A DNA stretch of 42,664 nucleotides from a virus, in UHGV virus genome UHGV-0036008; one strand, 5' to 3'. Shown piece after piece: positions 42,615 to 42,664 of this stretch (positions are counted from its first letter, which is position 1; the number at the start of each line of letters is the position of its first letter). A program made the position numbers and the translations under genes. A model generated the notes under the pieces. That model searched no databases. It had not been told where the DNA came from and saw only the letters and a program-made list of their open reading frames with translations.

Positions 42615-42664
42615 TGTTTTTGCTATCTTTGATAGCATTGAAGTTGATGCCGTGAATTTATAAA

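Overview
The window is almost entirely one temperate prophage (about 41 kb, roughly 50..41180) plus the start of a second integrase-led element. The left part is a lambda-like early region: P4-type integrase, AlpA-type excisionase, RecE/RecT-like recombination genes, a tandem-HTH repressor flanked by OL/OR-like operator clusters, a cro-like gene, an O-like initiator with in-gene iterons, a lambda P homolog and nin-like accessory genes. The right part is a T7/epsilon15-like podovirus structural region: TerS, TerL, T7-type portal, scaffold, major capsid, gp11/gp12-like tail tube, three large internal ejection proteins, a 1039-aa tailspike with Asp-boxes and an S74 chaperone domain, then a holin / GH19 endolysin / Rz-Rz1 lysis cassette. 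Two accessory loci stand out: a minus-strand tRNA-Arg(UCU) plus small gene inserted between terL and portal, and a roughly 4-kb six-gene moron island (31584..35700) between the ejection proteins and the tailspike. The strongest non-coding signal is a 17-bp palindrome ATTACC-N5-GGTAAT found at essentially every promoter region of the phage. A second, related integrase gene starts at 41412. CDS coordinates follow the supplied ORF track, with starts re-chosen by RBS and overlap logic. Coordinates of hand-read non-coding features are approximate (+/- 2 bp); around 15840..16020 my reading of the text was off by one relative to the ORF track, so the track was used as anchor. All functional calls are motif recognition by eye; no database search was run.
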